From a virus, in the IMG/VR virus record IMGVR_UViG_3300030328_002692, positions 27,134-91,133 of that record: DNA of 64,000 nt, one strand, 5' to 3'. Shown piece by piece: positions 1 through 10,278 of the stretch. Made by a program: the position numbers and the translations under genes. Every line of letters begins with the position of its first letter. Positions within the stretch are counted from its first letter, which is position 1. The notes beneath the pieces were generated by a model that was not told where the DNA came from, did not search any database, and saw only the letters and a program-made list of their open reading frames with translations.

Positions 1-5
1 CCTGA

Positions 6-500
6 TTGGAGATGAGAAGTCCTTATGATTATTACCCAACACCAGAGTGGTGTTATGAAAACTTACCTATAGATTGGAGTCAATTTAAGACTGCAATGGA
101 ACCTTGTGAAGGAGATGGTAGAATAACAAAGTTTTTACAAAGTAAAGGAATGGAAGTAACTACCTGTGAAATACAACATGGTAAAGACTTTTTAGAGTAT
201 GGGCATGATTTTACAGAAGATCATGGCTTTGACTTAATTTTTACAAACCCACCCTTTAGTATAGCAGAAGAATTTATTGAGCATAGTATGATGCTTTCTA
301 CAACAGTAGTAATGTTATTAAGAATAAATTTTTTAGGGAGTCAAAAAAGATATGACTTTTGGAATCAGTTTCCGCCCGATGGATTGTTTATTCTTAGTAA
401 AAGACCTTCATTTACAGGTAAGGGCACAGACGCAACAGACTATGCATGGTTTGTATGGAGTGATATAAAAGAGTTGCAAGGACTCCATTGGATAAAATGA
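6..500 (+). CDS. DNA adenine methyltransferase (small phage type)
   Basis: SAM-binding motif (MEPCEGDG), catalytic NPPF and N-terminal DYYPTP. The true start may be the ATG at 12. Confidence 0.8.
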   Translation: MEMRSPYDYYPTPEWCYENLPIDWSQFKTAMEPCEGDGRITKFLQSKGMEVTTCEIQHGKDFLEYGHDFTEDHGFDLIFTNPPFSIAEEFIEHSMMLSTTVVMLLRINFLGSQKRYDFWNQFPPDGLFILSKRPSFTGKGTDATDYAWFVWSDIKELQGLHWIK

Positions 501-1777
501 AAGCAGTACTCAGCGACAGAATATATCTAGAAGTTCTTCCACATACACAGAAGAAAATTGATGATGAATTAACTTATTCAATCCCTTCATTTAGATTTAA
601 TGACCCGCCTCTTATAATTAAAAATATGGCGTTAATTAAACAAGGACTAGTAGCTATACCTATTGGTAGGCAGGATTTAATACCCAACGACTACGAAATA
701 GTAGATAAACGAACGGAGAAACCAGTAGAGTTTCCTGAATTTGCATTTGAATTAAGAGAAAGCCAACAGTCAGTTTATAACGAAGTAGACGACAGCGCAA
801 TAATTAACGCTTGGGTCAGTTGGGGAAAGACATTTACAGCTTTAGCAATAGCAGGCAAGTTAGGTCAAAAGACACTTGTAGTTACACATACCGTCCCTTT
901 GCGGAAACAGTGGGAAAATGAAGTAAAGAAAGTCTTTGGTTTTGAACCCGGAATAATTGGTAGTGGAAATTTCAAAATTTCGCCTCCCATTGTAATAGGG
1001 AATATACAATCATTATACAAAAAAATTAAAGAGTTGAGACAAGAATTTGGGACAATCATCTTAGATGAAATGCATCACGTTTCCTCTCCTACATTCTCAC
1101 GAATTATTGATAAGTCCTGCGCTAGATATAAGATAGGACTTACAGGCACTTTACAGAGAAAAGATGGTAAACATGTTGTCTTTAGAGATTATTTTGGAGA
1201 CAATGTCTTTAAACCACCAAAGGAAAACTTTATGGTGCCAAAAATTGATATCCTACAACTACCGATAAGGTTTATTGACGGAACATCAATCCCATGGGCT
1301 AATCGAATAAATGAATTAGCCTATAACCCAGAATACCAACATTCTGTGGCAATGGCTGCTGCATCATATGCTGCCAAAGGTCATAAAGTGTTAGTGGTAT
1401 CTGATAGAGTAGATTTCCTAAAAAACTGTGCCAAACTCACTGGTGATAATGCAGTTTATGTAACAGGAGATATACCACACGAAGAAAGACCAGATATACT
1501 TCAACAGATTTATGAAGATAAAGACATACTGTATGGGACACAGTCAATATTCTCAGAAGGTATTTCTTTAAACATTCTAAGCTGTTTGATACTGGCCACA
1601 CCAGTGAACAACGAGCCTCTACTTACTCAGCTAATTGGTAGGGTAATTAGGGATTATGAAGGAAAACAACAACCCGCAATAGTAGATATTAATTTAATCG
1701 GAAAAACTGCAAAGAGACAGGCTAGTCAACGACTAGGGTACTATATCAAACAAGGATATGAGATATCAACCCTGTAA
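497..1777 (+). CDS. D10: SF2 DEAD/DEAH-like helicase, T5 D10-like
   Basis: Degenerate Walker A (VSWGKT), DEMH, TGT and QLIGRVIR motifs. ATG at 497 overlaps the MTase stop (ATGA). T5 synteny. Confidence 0.88.
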   Translation: MKAVLSDRIYLEVLPHTQKKIDDELTYSIPSFRFNDPPLIIKNMALIKQGLVAIPIGRQDLIPNDYEIVDKRTEKPVEFPEFAFELRESQQSVYNEVDDSAIINAWVSWGKTFTALAIAGKLGQKTLVVTHTVPLRKQWENEVKKVFGFEPGIIGSGNFKISPPIVIGNIQSLYKKIKELRQEFGTIILDEMHHVSSPTFSRIIDKSCARYKIGLTGTLQRKDGKHVVFRDYFGDNVFKPPKENFMVPKIDILQLPIRFIDGTSIPWANRINELAYNPEYQHSVAMAAASYAAKGHKVLVVSDRVDFLKNCAKLTGDNAVYVTGDIPHEERPDILQQIYEDKDILYGTQSIFSEGISLNILSCLILATPVNNEPLLTQLIGRVIRDYEGKQQPAIVDINLIGKTAKRQASQRLGYYIKQGYEISTL

Positions 1778-1797
1778 GCACCTCCGAAAAATATTAC

Positions 1798-1826
1798 TTG
1801 ACACGAGTTTCAAAATTTGTTATAAT
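1798..1826 (+). promoter_or_regulatory. Consensus sigma70 promoter (T5-type)
   Basis: TTGACA (1798-1803), 17-nt spacer, TATAAT (1821-1826), with an A-tract upstream. Confidence 0.85.
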
Positions 1827-1828
1827 AT

Positions 1829-2227
1829 ATGATAAAATATAATTGGGAAAAGATATTTAGAGAAGCGAAAGGCGATAGTGTTTCAATTCTCACTATTATT
1901 CATCTCTTAACTTATAAGAGAATCCCAGCCAGCCGAAAGGATAAGACATACAAGTACTTCGGGAAAAGTTTTCTCGGGGATAGCTTTCTGTGTAATCCAC
2001 GACAACTGCTGGTAGAAAGAAGAAATTATAGTAATAAAGAGGCTGCCGAATATATTGCAGTCGCTTCATACCGTAACTACTTCGAATTTATGCAATCAGG
2101 TAAGACAACACTAGAGTTGTTACACTTGCCTGTTGACACAACGATAGTAAATCGCAACAGATTGCTTCAGATTAAAGATGGTCTAGTACACTTTAAGTTT
2201 GAAGATAACGCTAATTGGAGAAAATAA
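1829..2227 (+). CDS. Hypothetical protein (T5-like gene between D10 and D11)
   Basis: 132-aa ORF in the syntenic position. Its stop overlaps the D11 start (TAATG). Confidence 0.7.
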   Translation: MIKYNWEKIFREAKGDSVSILTIIHLLTYKRIPASRKDKTYKYFGKSFLGDSFLCNPRQLLVERRNYSNKEAAEYIAVASYRNYFEFMQSGKTTLELLHLPVDTTIVNRNRLLQIKDGLVHFKFEDNANWRK

Positions 2228-2862
2228 TGGCAATAAAATTTAATCAAGCGCAAGGTAGCGCAAAAAAAGAAAAGATAGACCAGTATACTTACAAAGAAGG
2301 AGATAACAAGTTCCGTCTAGTAGGAGATATACTGCCTAGATATGTTTACTGGATTAAAGGCGAAAACAATAAAAATATTCCTATGGAATGTTTAGCTTTC
2401 GATAGAGATACAGAAACTTTCAATAATAAGGACAAGGATTACGTAAGAGAGTTCTTTCCTGATTTAAAATGTGGTTGGGCATACGCTATTCAGTGTATAG
2501 ACCCTTCTGATGGCAATGTAAAAGTTGTTAATCTTAAGAAAAAACTCATGGAACAGATAATGGTAGCCGCTGAAGATTTAGGCGACCCGACTGACCCTGA
2601 AACAGGGTGGGACGTTCACTTCCAGAGAGTTAAAACTGGGCCTATGGCTTTCAATGTAGAGTACAGATTACAAGCTCTTAAATGTAAGAATAGACCTTTA
2701 ACCGAAGAAGAACAAGCATCAGTAGCAGACCTAAGGTCTATGGACGATGTTCTTCCTAGACCAACAGCAGATGCTCAGTTAGAGCTACTGCAAAGAGTAA
2801 CTCAACCATCTGATGGAGCAGAAGCACCTTCCGATGTCGATAGTGAGTTCAGTATTAGTTAG
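2227..2862 (+). CDS. D11: Single-stranded DNA-binding protein, T5 D11-like
   Basis: Resembles T5 D11 (RLVGDILPRYVYW...ECLAFDR...CGWAY), with an acidic C-terminal tail. GGAG SD precedes the ATG at 2227. Confidence 0.82.
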   Translation: MAIKFNQAQGSAKKEKIDQYTYKEGDNKFRLVGDILPRYVYWIKGENNKNIPMECLAFDRDTETFNNKDKDYVREFFPDLKCGWAYAIQCIDPSDGNVKVVNLKKKLMEQIMVAAEDLGDPTDPETGWDVHFQRVKTGPMAFNVEYRLQALKCKNRPLTEEEQASVADLRSMDDVLPRPTADAQLELLQRVTQPSDGAEAPSDVDSEFSIS

Positions 2863-2872
2863 GAGAGATAAT

Positions 2873-3379
2873 ATGATAGGAGTAGGTGACTTATTCCCAA
2901 ACTTCCACTTAACAGGAGTAGAAAAAGATAATTCTATAATAGATATAGATATCTTAACTCCTAATATGTGGAGTGTAGTATATTTTTATCCTAAAGACTT
3001 TACTTTCATTTGCCCGACTGAAATATCCGCTATGGATAAATTAACAAATAATGCAGATGTTATTGGAGTCAGCGGAGATAATGAGTATTGTAAGATTGCA
3101 TGGAAAACATCAGTAGGCATGATAAGAGATATTAAACATATCTTAGCCGCTGATTGTGGGTTAAAACTCGCTAGTAAACTAGGAATTGTAGACCCAGACG
3201 AGGGTGTATGTCTTAGAGCAACTTACATAGTCGATCCCGAAGGAGTAATCCAACATGTATCAGTTAATGCGCTAGATACAGGCAGAAATGCTGATGAGAT
3301 TCTTAGAACTTTACAAGCACTTAAAGCTGGTGGTCTCACCGCGTGTGCTTGGCAGGAAGGAGATGACTTCGTAGCATGA
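2873..3379 (+). CDS. ahpC: 2-Cys peroxiredoxin (AhpC-type)
   Basis: FYPKDFTFICPTE peroxidatic motif, RATYIVDPEG, GRNADEILR and a C-terminal Cys (LTACAW). AGGAG SD precedes the ATG at 2873. Confidence 0.92.
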   Translation: MIGVGDLFPNFHLTGVEKDNSIIDIDILTPNMWSVVYFYPKDFTFICPTEISAMDKLTNNADVIGVSGDNEYCKIAWKTSVGMIRDIKHILAADCGLKLASKLGIVDPDEGVCLRATYIVDPEGVIQHVSVNALDTGRNADEILRTLQALKAGGLTACAWQEGDDFVA

Positions 3380-4329
3380 TTTTATTTACAGCAGATTGGC
3401 ACTTAAAGTTAGGTCAAAAGAATGTACCAATGGCATGGGCGTGTACTCGTTATAAATACTTTTTTGAAACATTACATGAAATAGAAGAAAGCATAGATAT
3501 GCACATTATTGGAGGGGATTTATTTGATAGAGTTCCTTCAATGGACGAACTCACACTTTATTTTGATTTTATCAAAGAAGTAGAAGTTCCTACTATTATC
3601 TATGATGGAAACCATGAAGCTACTAAAAAGTACAAAACTTTCTTTTCTAATTTAAAGAGAGCCACATCTGATGTAAACGACTTAGTCGAAATTGTAGATA
3701 CAACTACTGAGTATCCTTGGGGTACTATCCTTCCTTATGCAGATTTGCATAGAAAAGGTGGAATAGAATTCTGCAATAAAAACAAACCTCTATTTACTCA
3801 TGTGAGGGGAGAAATCCCACCTCATGTTACACCAGAGGTAGACCTAGATAGATTTAATGACTTTCCTGTAGTTTTTGCGGGTGACCTACATAGCCACTCC
3901 AACACGCAGAGAAATATAATCTATCCAGGAAGTCCTATGACTACTTCTTTTCATAGAGAGTTAGTCAAAACAGGATACCTTATGATTGATGAAGATAATG
4001 ATTTCAGTTGGGAATGGCATGAATTTGATTTGCCACAGCTTCTTAGAAAGACTGTGGACAATCCAGATGAAATGATACCAACAGAATATCATCACACAAT
4101 ATATGAGATAGAAGGGGACGTAGCTGATTTAGCAAATGTTAAAAACTCTGAACTTCTTGACAAAAAAGTTGTTAAAAGAAGTTCAGAAGCTACACTTAAT
4201 CTCAAAGATTTATCAATGGAAGAAGAACTGGTAGAGTACTTAAGTGCTATACTGAATTTAAATGATGAAAAAATAAAACAAATAATGGGAGTGTTTAATG
4301 ATTACTCTAAAAACGCTACGTTGGGATAA
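3376..4329 (+). CDS. D12: SbcD/Mre11-like nuclease, T5 D12-like
   Basis: Metallophosphoesterase motifs ADWH, GGDLFD, GNHE, GDLH and YPGSP. Confidence 0.92.
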   Translation: MILFTADWHLKLGQKNVPMAWACTRYKYFFETLHEIEESIDMHIIGGDLFDRVPSMDELTLYFDFIKEVEVPTIIYDGNHEATKKYKTFFSNLKRATSDVNDLVEIVDTTTEYPWGTILPYADLHRKGGIEFCNKNKPLFTHVRGEIPPHVTPEVDLDRFNDFPVVFAGDLHSHSNTQRNIIYPGSPMTTSFHRELVKTGYLMIDEDNDFSWEWHEFDLPQLLRKTVDNPDEMIPTEYHHTIYEIEGDVADLANVKNSELLDKKVVKRSSEATLNLKDLSMEEELVEYLSAILNLNDEKIKQIMGVFNDYSKNATLG

Positions 4330-6088
4330 TTGTTTTAGTTATGGGTCAGATAATGTTCTTGAATTAAATGACACAAACCTTACTCAACTTGTAGGAACAA
4401 ACGGACAAGGAAAGTCTAGTATTCCTTTAATACTTGAAGAAGTATTATTTAATAAAAATAGTAAGGGAATTAAAAAGCAAGAAATACAAAACAGATTCAT
4501 TAACAAAGGATATTCAATTAATCTCACATTCTCAGTAGACGAGAATGAGTACGAAATTGATGTAAGTAGAAAAGCTAGTATAAAGTGTAAACTCTATGAA
4601 AATGGAGAGGATATTTCTAGTCATACTGCAACCAACACATATAAGACAGTCCAAGAACTACTTGGTCTTGATTTTAAGACTTTCACACAACTTGTATATC
4701 AAAATACGAACACATCATTACAGTTTCTAACTGCGACAGATACAAACAGAAAAAAGTTTCTAATTGATTTGTTAAAGCTAGAAGAATATGTTGAGTTCTT
4801 TGAAATATTCAAGGACGCAGCAAGAGAGATTTCTTTTGAAGTGAACAGTCTAAACAGTAAATCTGACACAATTGTGAAATGGTTAAATGAAAATAAATTG
4901 GAGAGTATAGAACTACTCCCGATAAAAAACTTACCAAAATATTCACAAAAAGACGAAGATGATTTACAGCAGTTACGAAGCGATTTTGAAAAAATCTCCG
5001 AAAATAATAAAAAAATTATAGACAATAATTCAAACCGTGAGCAGTTGCAACAGGTTGAAAAAAGTAAATTTCTTTCTTATAAAGGCGATAAGATTCGTGT
5101 TGACGCTATGTCGCAGAAACTTGGAAAGTATTCTTCCCAATTGTCTGAATCCATAGCACACTTAGATAAATTATCGGAACTCGAAGGGCTATGCCCAACT
5201 TGTGAGCAACAAATAGATTCCGAAAATCGCGAACGACTTATAAAAGGTTATGAAAGACTACAACAGTCGGCGCAGAAAGAAATAGCAAATGTCCGCGTGG
5301 AGATTGAAGACGCTCAAGAGCACAATGCGAATATAGTGCGTAGGGAAGTGCAACAACGCGAGTTTGAAGAACTTATGAAAATTGTGGACAACAGTCTACC
5401 TTCTCAAATTTTAGACGGTGACTTACTTTCTTCCCAAATTGACGAACTTACTTCCAAGATTGCGAATATTCGTTCTGAAATAGAAAATGTGAGTGCAGAA
5501 AATCAAATGGCGGAACGCCATAATACTCGTATCTCTATTATACAGGAACAAACAAGTGATATGGAATCGCAACTGGAAGAGATTGTCGCAGCTTTGGGTA
5601 AGGTTGAAGAAAAGTCTGCACACTTAGAAATACTGAAAAAAGCATTTAGTACAAACGGACTACTTGCATATAAAATCGAAAATCTAGTAAAAGATTTAGA
5701 ACAATTAACAAATGAATACCTATCTGAACTATCAGATGGAAGATTTAGTTTAGAGTTTGTTGTAACGAACGACAAGTTAAATGTAGAGATTACAGATAAT
5801 GCGAAAGTAGTAGATATTCTAGCATTATCCTCAGGAGAACTCGCAAGAGTTAATACAGCAACGCTACTAGCGATACGAAAATTAATGAGTAGTATTTCTA
5901 GTTCAAGGATTAATACCTTGTTTCTTGATGAAATAATCAGTGTGCTTGATGATGAAGGAAAGGAAAAGTTAGTAGAAATATTACTAGAAGAAGAATTAAA
6001 TACTTATCTAGTGTCTCATGGCTGGACTCACCCATTACTTGCAAAAATTGAAGTTATTAAGGAAGAAAATATTAGTCATTTAGAATGA
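4298..6088 (+). CDS. D13: SbcC/Rad50-like ATPase, T5 D13-like
   Basis: Walker A GTNGQGKS, coiled coil with CPTC zinc hook, LSSGE signature, Walker B LFLDE and SH motif. Confidence 0.93.
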   Translation: MITLKTLRWDNCFSYGSDNVLELNDTNLTQLVGTNGQGKSSIPLILEEVLFNKNSKGIKKQEIQNRFINKGYSINLTFSVDENEYEIDVSRKASIKCKLYENGEDISSHTATNTYKTVQELLGLDFKTFTQLVYQNTNTSLQFLTATDTNRKKFLIDLLKLEEYVEFFEIFKDAAREISFEVNSLNSKSDTIVKWLNENKLESIELLPIKNLPKYSQKDEDDLQQLRSDFEKISENNKKIIDNNSNREQLQQVEKSKFLSYKGDKIRVDAMSQKLGKYSSQLSESIAHLDKLSELEGLCPTCEQQIDSENRERLIKGYERLQQSAQKEIANVRVEIEDAQEHNANIVRREVQQREFEELMKIVDNSLPSQILDGDLLSSQIDELTSKIANIRSEIENVSAENQMAERHNTRISIIQEQTSDMESQLEEIVAALGKVEEKSAHLEILKKAFSTNGLLAYKIENLVKDLEQLTNEYLSELSDGRFSLEFVVTNDKLNVEITDNAKVVDILALSSGELARVNTATLLAIRKLMSSISSSRINTLFLDEIISVLDDEGKEKLVEILLEEELNTYLVSHGWTHPLLAKIEVIKEENISHLE

Positions 6089-6089
6089 T

Positions 6090-6266
6090 ATGGCAAAAAA
6101 AGAAGGAGATACCTTTTGGTATCACGAGTGTCCTCATACGGACAAAAAGGTGTATCTGCCTGTAGATATGAAATGTCCCGACTGTGTGTTGGCAGACATG
6201 AATCCTACTGAAAGGGCTTCGGTACAAATGAAACGATATTTAAACGAAATAGAAGGAACTGATTAG
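6090..6266 (+). CDS. Small Cys/His-rich hypothetical protein (58 aa; not in ORF track)
   Basis: Translated by hand: MAKKEGDTFWYHECPHTDKKVYLPVDMKCPDCVLAD... It exactly fills the D13-D14 gap, and its stop overlaps the D14 GTG. Confidence 0.65.
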   Translation: MAKKEGDTFWYHECPHTDKKVYLPVDMKCPDCVLADMNPTERASVQMKRYLNEIEGTD

Positions 6267-6757
6267 TGGTCAATTCAAGACAAAAAGGGAGTAAAGCAGA
6301 ACTTCAAGTCGCTGCTATGCTCAAAACATATACAGGACTTGAATTTACAGGAACGCCCGGAAGTGGTAGTGGTAAAATTAAGGGAGATTTGTATGTAATA
6401 GATAAACATAATATCTTTCTTATAGAAGTAAAACACTATAGGGATATGGCGTTCAATCAAAAGATTTTTACACAAAAGAATAATAATTTTGTAAAATGGT
6501 GGACAAAGGCAATTTCACAGGCAAAAGATATGAAACAAGAGCCTCTACTGATTATGAAACAGAATTACTCGCAATGGTATATTGCGACTACAAGAAAGCC
6601 TGTGAACACAAAACGATATATGTACATAAACTGGCTCGGTGCGTATATTGTATTAGCAGATAAGTGGCTGGAATACGAAAAAGTGGAATTTACAAATGGC
6701 GATAAACTTCTCAAGCCTTGGGAACCAGATCCAGAATGGGAACTTACTGATAGTTGA
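6266..6757 (+). CDS. D14: PD-(D/E)xK endonuclease / Holliday-junction resolvase, T5 D14-like
   Basis: NSRQKG..AE, GDL and IEVK motifs. T5 synteny. Confidence 0.85.
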   Translation: MVNSRQKGSKAELQVAAMLKTYTGLEFTGTPGSGSGKIKGDLYVIDKHNIFLIEVKHYRDMAFNQKIFTQKNNNFVKWWTKAISQAKDMKQEPLLIMKQNYSQWYIATTRKPVNTKRYMYINWLGAYIVLADKWLEYEKVEFTNGDKLLKPWEPDPEWELTDS

Positions 6758-7559
6758 TGGTCTTAATGTTGCATTTAGATGGAAACATTCAAGACAATTA
6801 GAATTTAAACACGACTATGTAAGAACTGTTGAGAGTCTGGCAAAATCCTACAACTGTGGGAACATTATAGTACTAGCTGATGGTGGCAGTACTTATAGAA
6901 AAAATATCTATCCTGAATACAAGGCGAATAGAAAGGAAAGATATTCAGAACAAACAGAACAAGAAAAAGCTGAGTTTGCTCAATTCATGGGCGAATTTAG
7001 TAATGCCTTTACAAATTTGAAAAAGAAAGGGCATTTAACAATAAAACAAAGCGGCTTAGAAGCTGATGATTTGGCTGCTTGGATAGTTGGTAAAAAAGAA
7101 GATTTTGGTATAGATGAAATTTGGTTGATATCGTCAGATAAAGACTGGGATTTACTTATATCAGATAAAGTATCTCGTTTTAGTACAGTAACTAGAAAAG
7201 AGATTACAATGAATAATTGGGACGACCATTATGATGTTGAGCCAGATAAATATCTAACGCTCAAATGTCTAGCAGGCGATACAGGAGATAATGTTCCTGG
7301 AATTGCTGGTATCGGTCCAAAGAGAGCTGTATCATTAATTGAACAGTATGGAGATTTGTTTGATATATACAATGCCTGTCCAATAGATAGTCATTATAAA
7401 TTCATACAAAGTCTTAATGAACACGCAGACAGACTGTTGCTCAACGCGGAACTCATGGATTTAGAGAGTTATTCCGAGCAGGCACTCATAGAAGCAGACA
7501 TGAATTTAGAGGATTTATCCTCACAAATATTGGAGTATTTGAATGAAGTTAGAGATTGA
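6696..7559 (+). CDS. D15: 5'-3' exonuclease / flap endonuclease, T5 D15-like
   Basis: LIVDGLN, YPEYKANR, EADD, SSDKD and GDTGDNVPGIAGIGPKRA motifs. Confidence 0.93.
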   Translation: MAINFSSLGNQIQNGNLLIVDGLNVAFRWKHSRQLEFKHDYVRTVESLAKSYNCGNIIVLADGGSTYRKNIYPEYKANRKERYSEQTEQEKAEFAQFMGEFSNAFTNLKKKGHLTIKQSGLEADDLAAWIVGKKEDFGIDEIWLISSDKDWDLLISDKVSRFSTVTRKEITMNNWDDHYDVEPDKYLTLKCLAGDTGDNVPGIAGIGPKRAVSLIEQYGDLFDIYNACPIDSHYKFIQSLNEHADRLLLNAELMDLESYSEQALIEADMNLEDLSSQILEYLNEVRD

Positions 7560-9309
7560 TTATAGCAAAGATAATTTGCTAACAGAATTTAGTAAGAAAA
7601 CTCTAAAAGATAGATATTTAGTAGGTGATGAACAATCACCGCAGGAAGCATTTGCACGGGCAGCTTCAGCATTTGCTGATGACCAAGACCATGCACAAAG
7701 AATTTATGATTACGCAAGTAATTTATGGTTTATGTTTGCTACTCCTGTACTATCAAATGGAGGCACTCAGCGTGGCCTACCAATTAGTTGTTTTCTTAAT
7801 TATGTAGATGACAGTAGAGAGGGTATTACTGGTCATTATACAGAGAATGCTTATCTATCATCAATGGGTGGTGGAATAGGCGGTAGCTGGAGTGATGTTC
7901 GTTCACAAGGAACAAAAACATCAAAAGGCTCAGAAAGTACAGGGGTTATTCCCTTTATGAAAGTAGTAGATGCGGAAATGCTTGCATTCTCGCAAGGTGT
8001 AACTCGTAGGGGTAGTTATGCATCTTATTTACATATGTCACACCCCGAAATAGAGGAATTTTTAGATGTTAGAAAACCAACTGGCGGAGATACTAATCGT
8101 AAGTGTATTAATTTACATCATGGTGTTGTTATCCCAGATAAGTTCATGGAAGTTATCCACAAGGCGACGAAAGAGCCAAACTTCAATGATGACTGGGAAC
8201 TTATTGACCCGCATAGTAAAGAAGTTAAAAAGGTAGTAAGTGCAAGAACACTTTGGGTAAAACTATTACAAAACAGAATGGAAACAGGAGAGCCTTATCT
8301 CATGTTTGAAGATGCTGTAGATGCAGATTTACCTGATTTTCAGAAAAAGAAAGGTTTAAAAGTAAATCATAGTAATCTTTGTTCTGAAATTACACTTGCA
8401 ACAAATGAAGAAAGGACAGCAGTATGTTGTTTATCTAGTGTAAATCTGGAGTATTTTGATGAATGGTCAAAAGTCCCAGCATTTATACCCGATTTAATAA
8501 GATTCTTAGATAATGTATTAACATATTTTATAGAAAATGCTCCAAATGAACTAGAAAGAGCTAGATATAGCGCTTCTAGGGAAAGGAGTATAGGTTTGGG
8601 AGCTATGGGATTTCATGCTTATTTGCAAAAGAATAACATGGCTTTTGAAGGAATGTGGGCAAGTGCTAAAAATCATTTGATGTTTAAGCATATAAAAGAC
8701 TACGCTCAAACAGAAACACAAAGACTTGCAGCAGAAAGAGGAGCCTGCCCAGATGATGATTCTTGTACAGTAAGAAATGCACATCTATTGGCAATAGCTC
8801 CAAATGCAAGTAGTTCTATTATATGTGGTAATACATCTCCAAGTATAGAGCCTTTTAGAGCAAATGCTTATAATCAAAAGACTAAGTCTGGTTCGTATTT
8901 GCAGAAGAATAAATTTCTTGAAAAAGTATTAGAAGAATATGGACAAAATACAGATAATATATGGTCTAGTATTATTTCTAATAAAGGTAGTGTTCAGCAT
9001 TTAGAATTCTTATCTGCAGATGAAAAAGAAATATTTAAAACAGCTGTAGAAATAAATCAGGCATGGGTAGTAGAACACGCTAGTGAGAGGCAGGAGTATA
9101 TTTGTCAATCACAGAGTGTTAATCTTTTCTTCCCACCTGATGTAAATAAAGGCGACCTACACAATGTGCATATGCTAGCGTGGGCTAAAAATATGAAAAC
9201 ACTTTATTATTTACGAAGTGAGGCTATTAGTCGTGCTGATAATGTATCTAATGAAGTAAAAAGAGAGATAATCTTTGAACAATCAGATTGTCTAAGTTGT
9301 GAGGGTTAA
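7543..9309 (+). CDS. nrdA: Ribonucleotide reductase class I alpha subunit (short form, no obvious ATP cone)
   Basis: ATPVLSN, ISCF, SNLCSEI, CCLSS, APNASSS, KTLYYLRS and C-terminal CLSCEG. Confidence 0.95.
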   Translation: MKLEIDYSKDNLLTEFSKKTLKDRYLVGDEQSPQEAFARAASAFADDQDHAQRIYDYASNLWFMFATPVLSNGGTQRGLPISCFLNYVDDSREGITGHYTENAYLSSMGGGIGGSWSDVRSQGTKTSKGSESTGVIPFMKVVDAEMLAFSQGVTRRGSYASYLHMSHPEIEEFLDVRKPTGGDTNRKCINLHHGVVIPDKFMEVIHKATKEPNFNDDWELIDPHSKEVKKVVSARTLWVKLLQNRMETGEPYLMFEDAVDADLPDFQKKKGLKVNHSNLCSEITLATNEERTAVCCLSSVNLEYFDEWSKVPAFIPDLIRFLDNVLTYFIENAPNELERARYSASRERSIGLGAMGFHAYLQKNNMAFEGMWASAKNHLMFKHIKDYAQTETQRLAAERGACPDDDSCTVRNAHLLAIAPNASSSIICGNTSPSIEPFRANAYNQKTKSGSYLQKNKFLEKVLEEYGQNTDNIWSSIISNKGSVQHLEFLSADEKEIFKTAVEINQAWVVEHASERQEYICQSQSVNLFFPPDVNKGDLHNVHMLAWAKNMKTLYYLRSEAISRADNVSNEVKREIIFEQSDCLSCEG

Positions 9310-10269
9310 ATGAATTTATTAGAAGAAAGAGATTATTACAAACCTTTTAACTATCCGTGGGCATTTGAGTTTTATAAAAAACAACAACAAATGCATTGGC
9401 TTCCTGATGAAGTTCCACTTCAAGATGATATAAAGGATTATAAAGAAAAACTTACACCTGAAAATAGAGCATTGGTAGATAATATCTTCCGATTCTTTAC
9501 ACAAGCAGATGTAGATGTATGTTGCGGATATGCTCAGCATTATCTTCCAACATTCAAACAACCAGAAGTAAGAATGATGCTAGTTAGTTTTGCTGCTATG
9601 GAAGCAGTGCACCAAGAAGCATACTCCCTACTTCTAGAGACTCTAGGTAAATCGGACGAAGAGTATCAGATGTTTACCCAGATTCAAGCAATGTCAGATA
9701 AACATGACTATCTCACAGATTTTAATATGAGAAATGAGCATGAAATGGCAAAAACAATGGCAGTTTATAGTGGATTTACAGAAGGAGTACAACTATTTAG
9801 TAGTTTTGCTATCCTTCTTAATCTGCCTAGACATAATCTTATGAAAGGCATGGGACAAATAGTAACATGGTCTATTAGGGACGAGTCCCTTCATGTAGAG
9901 GGAATGTCAAAACTGTTTAGAACGTTTATACAAGAAAGACCACATTTGTGGACTGACAAGTTAAAATATGAAGTATACTGTGCTGCAGAACGAGTAGTAG
10001 AACTAGAAGATAGTTTTATTGATGTTTGTTTTGATGGTGCAGATATTCCTGATTTGACTGGAAAAGAAGTGAAAGAATATATAAGATATATCGCAGACCG
10101 TAGACTATTAGGTCTAGGTATGAAAGCTATATTCCATAGTACTGATAATCCATTACCATGGCTGGATCAACAGTTAAATGCTGTGGAACACGCGAACTTC
10201 TTTGAAAACCGTGCTACTGAATATGCCAAGAGTAGTACACAAGGTAATTGGCAAGATATATTTAAATAG
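9310..10269 (+). CDS. nrdB: Ribonucleotide reductase class I beta subunit
   Basis: FFTQAD, EAVHQEAY, EGVQLFSSF, RDESLH and NFFENRATEY motifs. Confidence 0.95.
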   Translation: MNLLEERDYYKPFNYPWAFEFYKKQQQMHWLPDEVPLQDDIKDYKEKLTPENRALVDNIFRFFTQADVDVCCGYAQHYLPTFKQPEVRMMLVSFAAMEAVHQEAYSLLLETLGKSDEEYQMFTQIQAMSDKHDYLTDFNMRNEHEMAKTMAVYSGFTEGVQLFSSFAILLNLPRHNLMKGMGQIVTWSIRDESLHVEGMSKLFRTFIQERPHLWTDKLKYEVYCAAERVVELEDSFIDVCFDGADIPDLTGKEVKEYIRYIADRRLLGLGMKAIFHSTDNPLPWLDQQLNAVEHANFFENRATEYAKSSTQGNWQDIFK

Positions 10270-10278
10270 GAGAAAAAA

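Noticed and set aside
2813-2872. Longer start for the peroxiredoxin as given in the ORF track
   Set aside because: It overlaps D11. The ATG at 2873 has a proper AGGAG SD and matches the family N-terminus.
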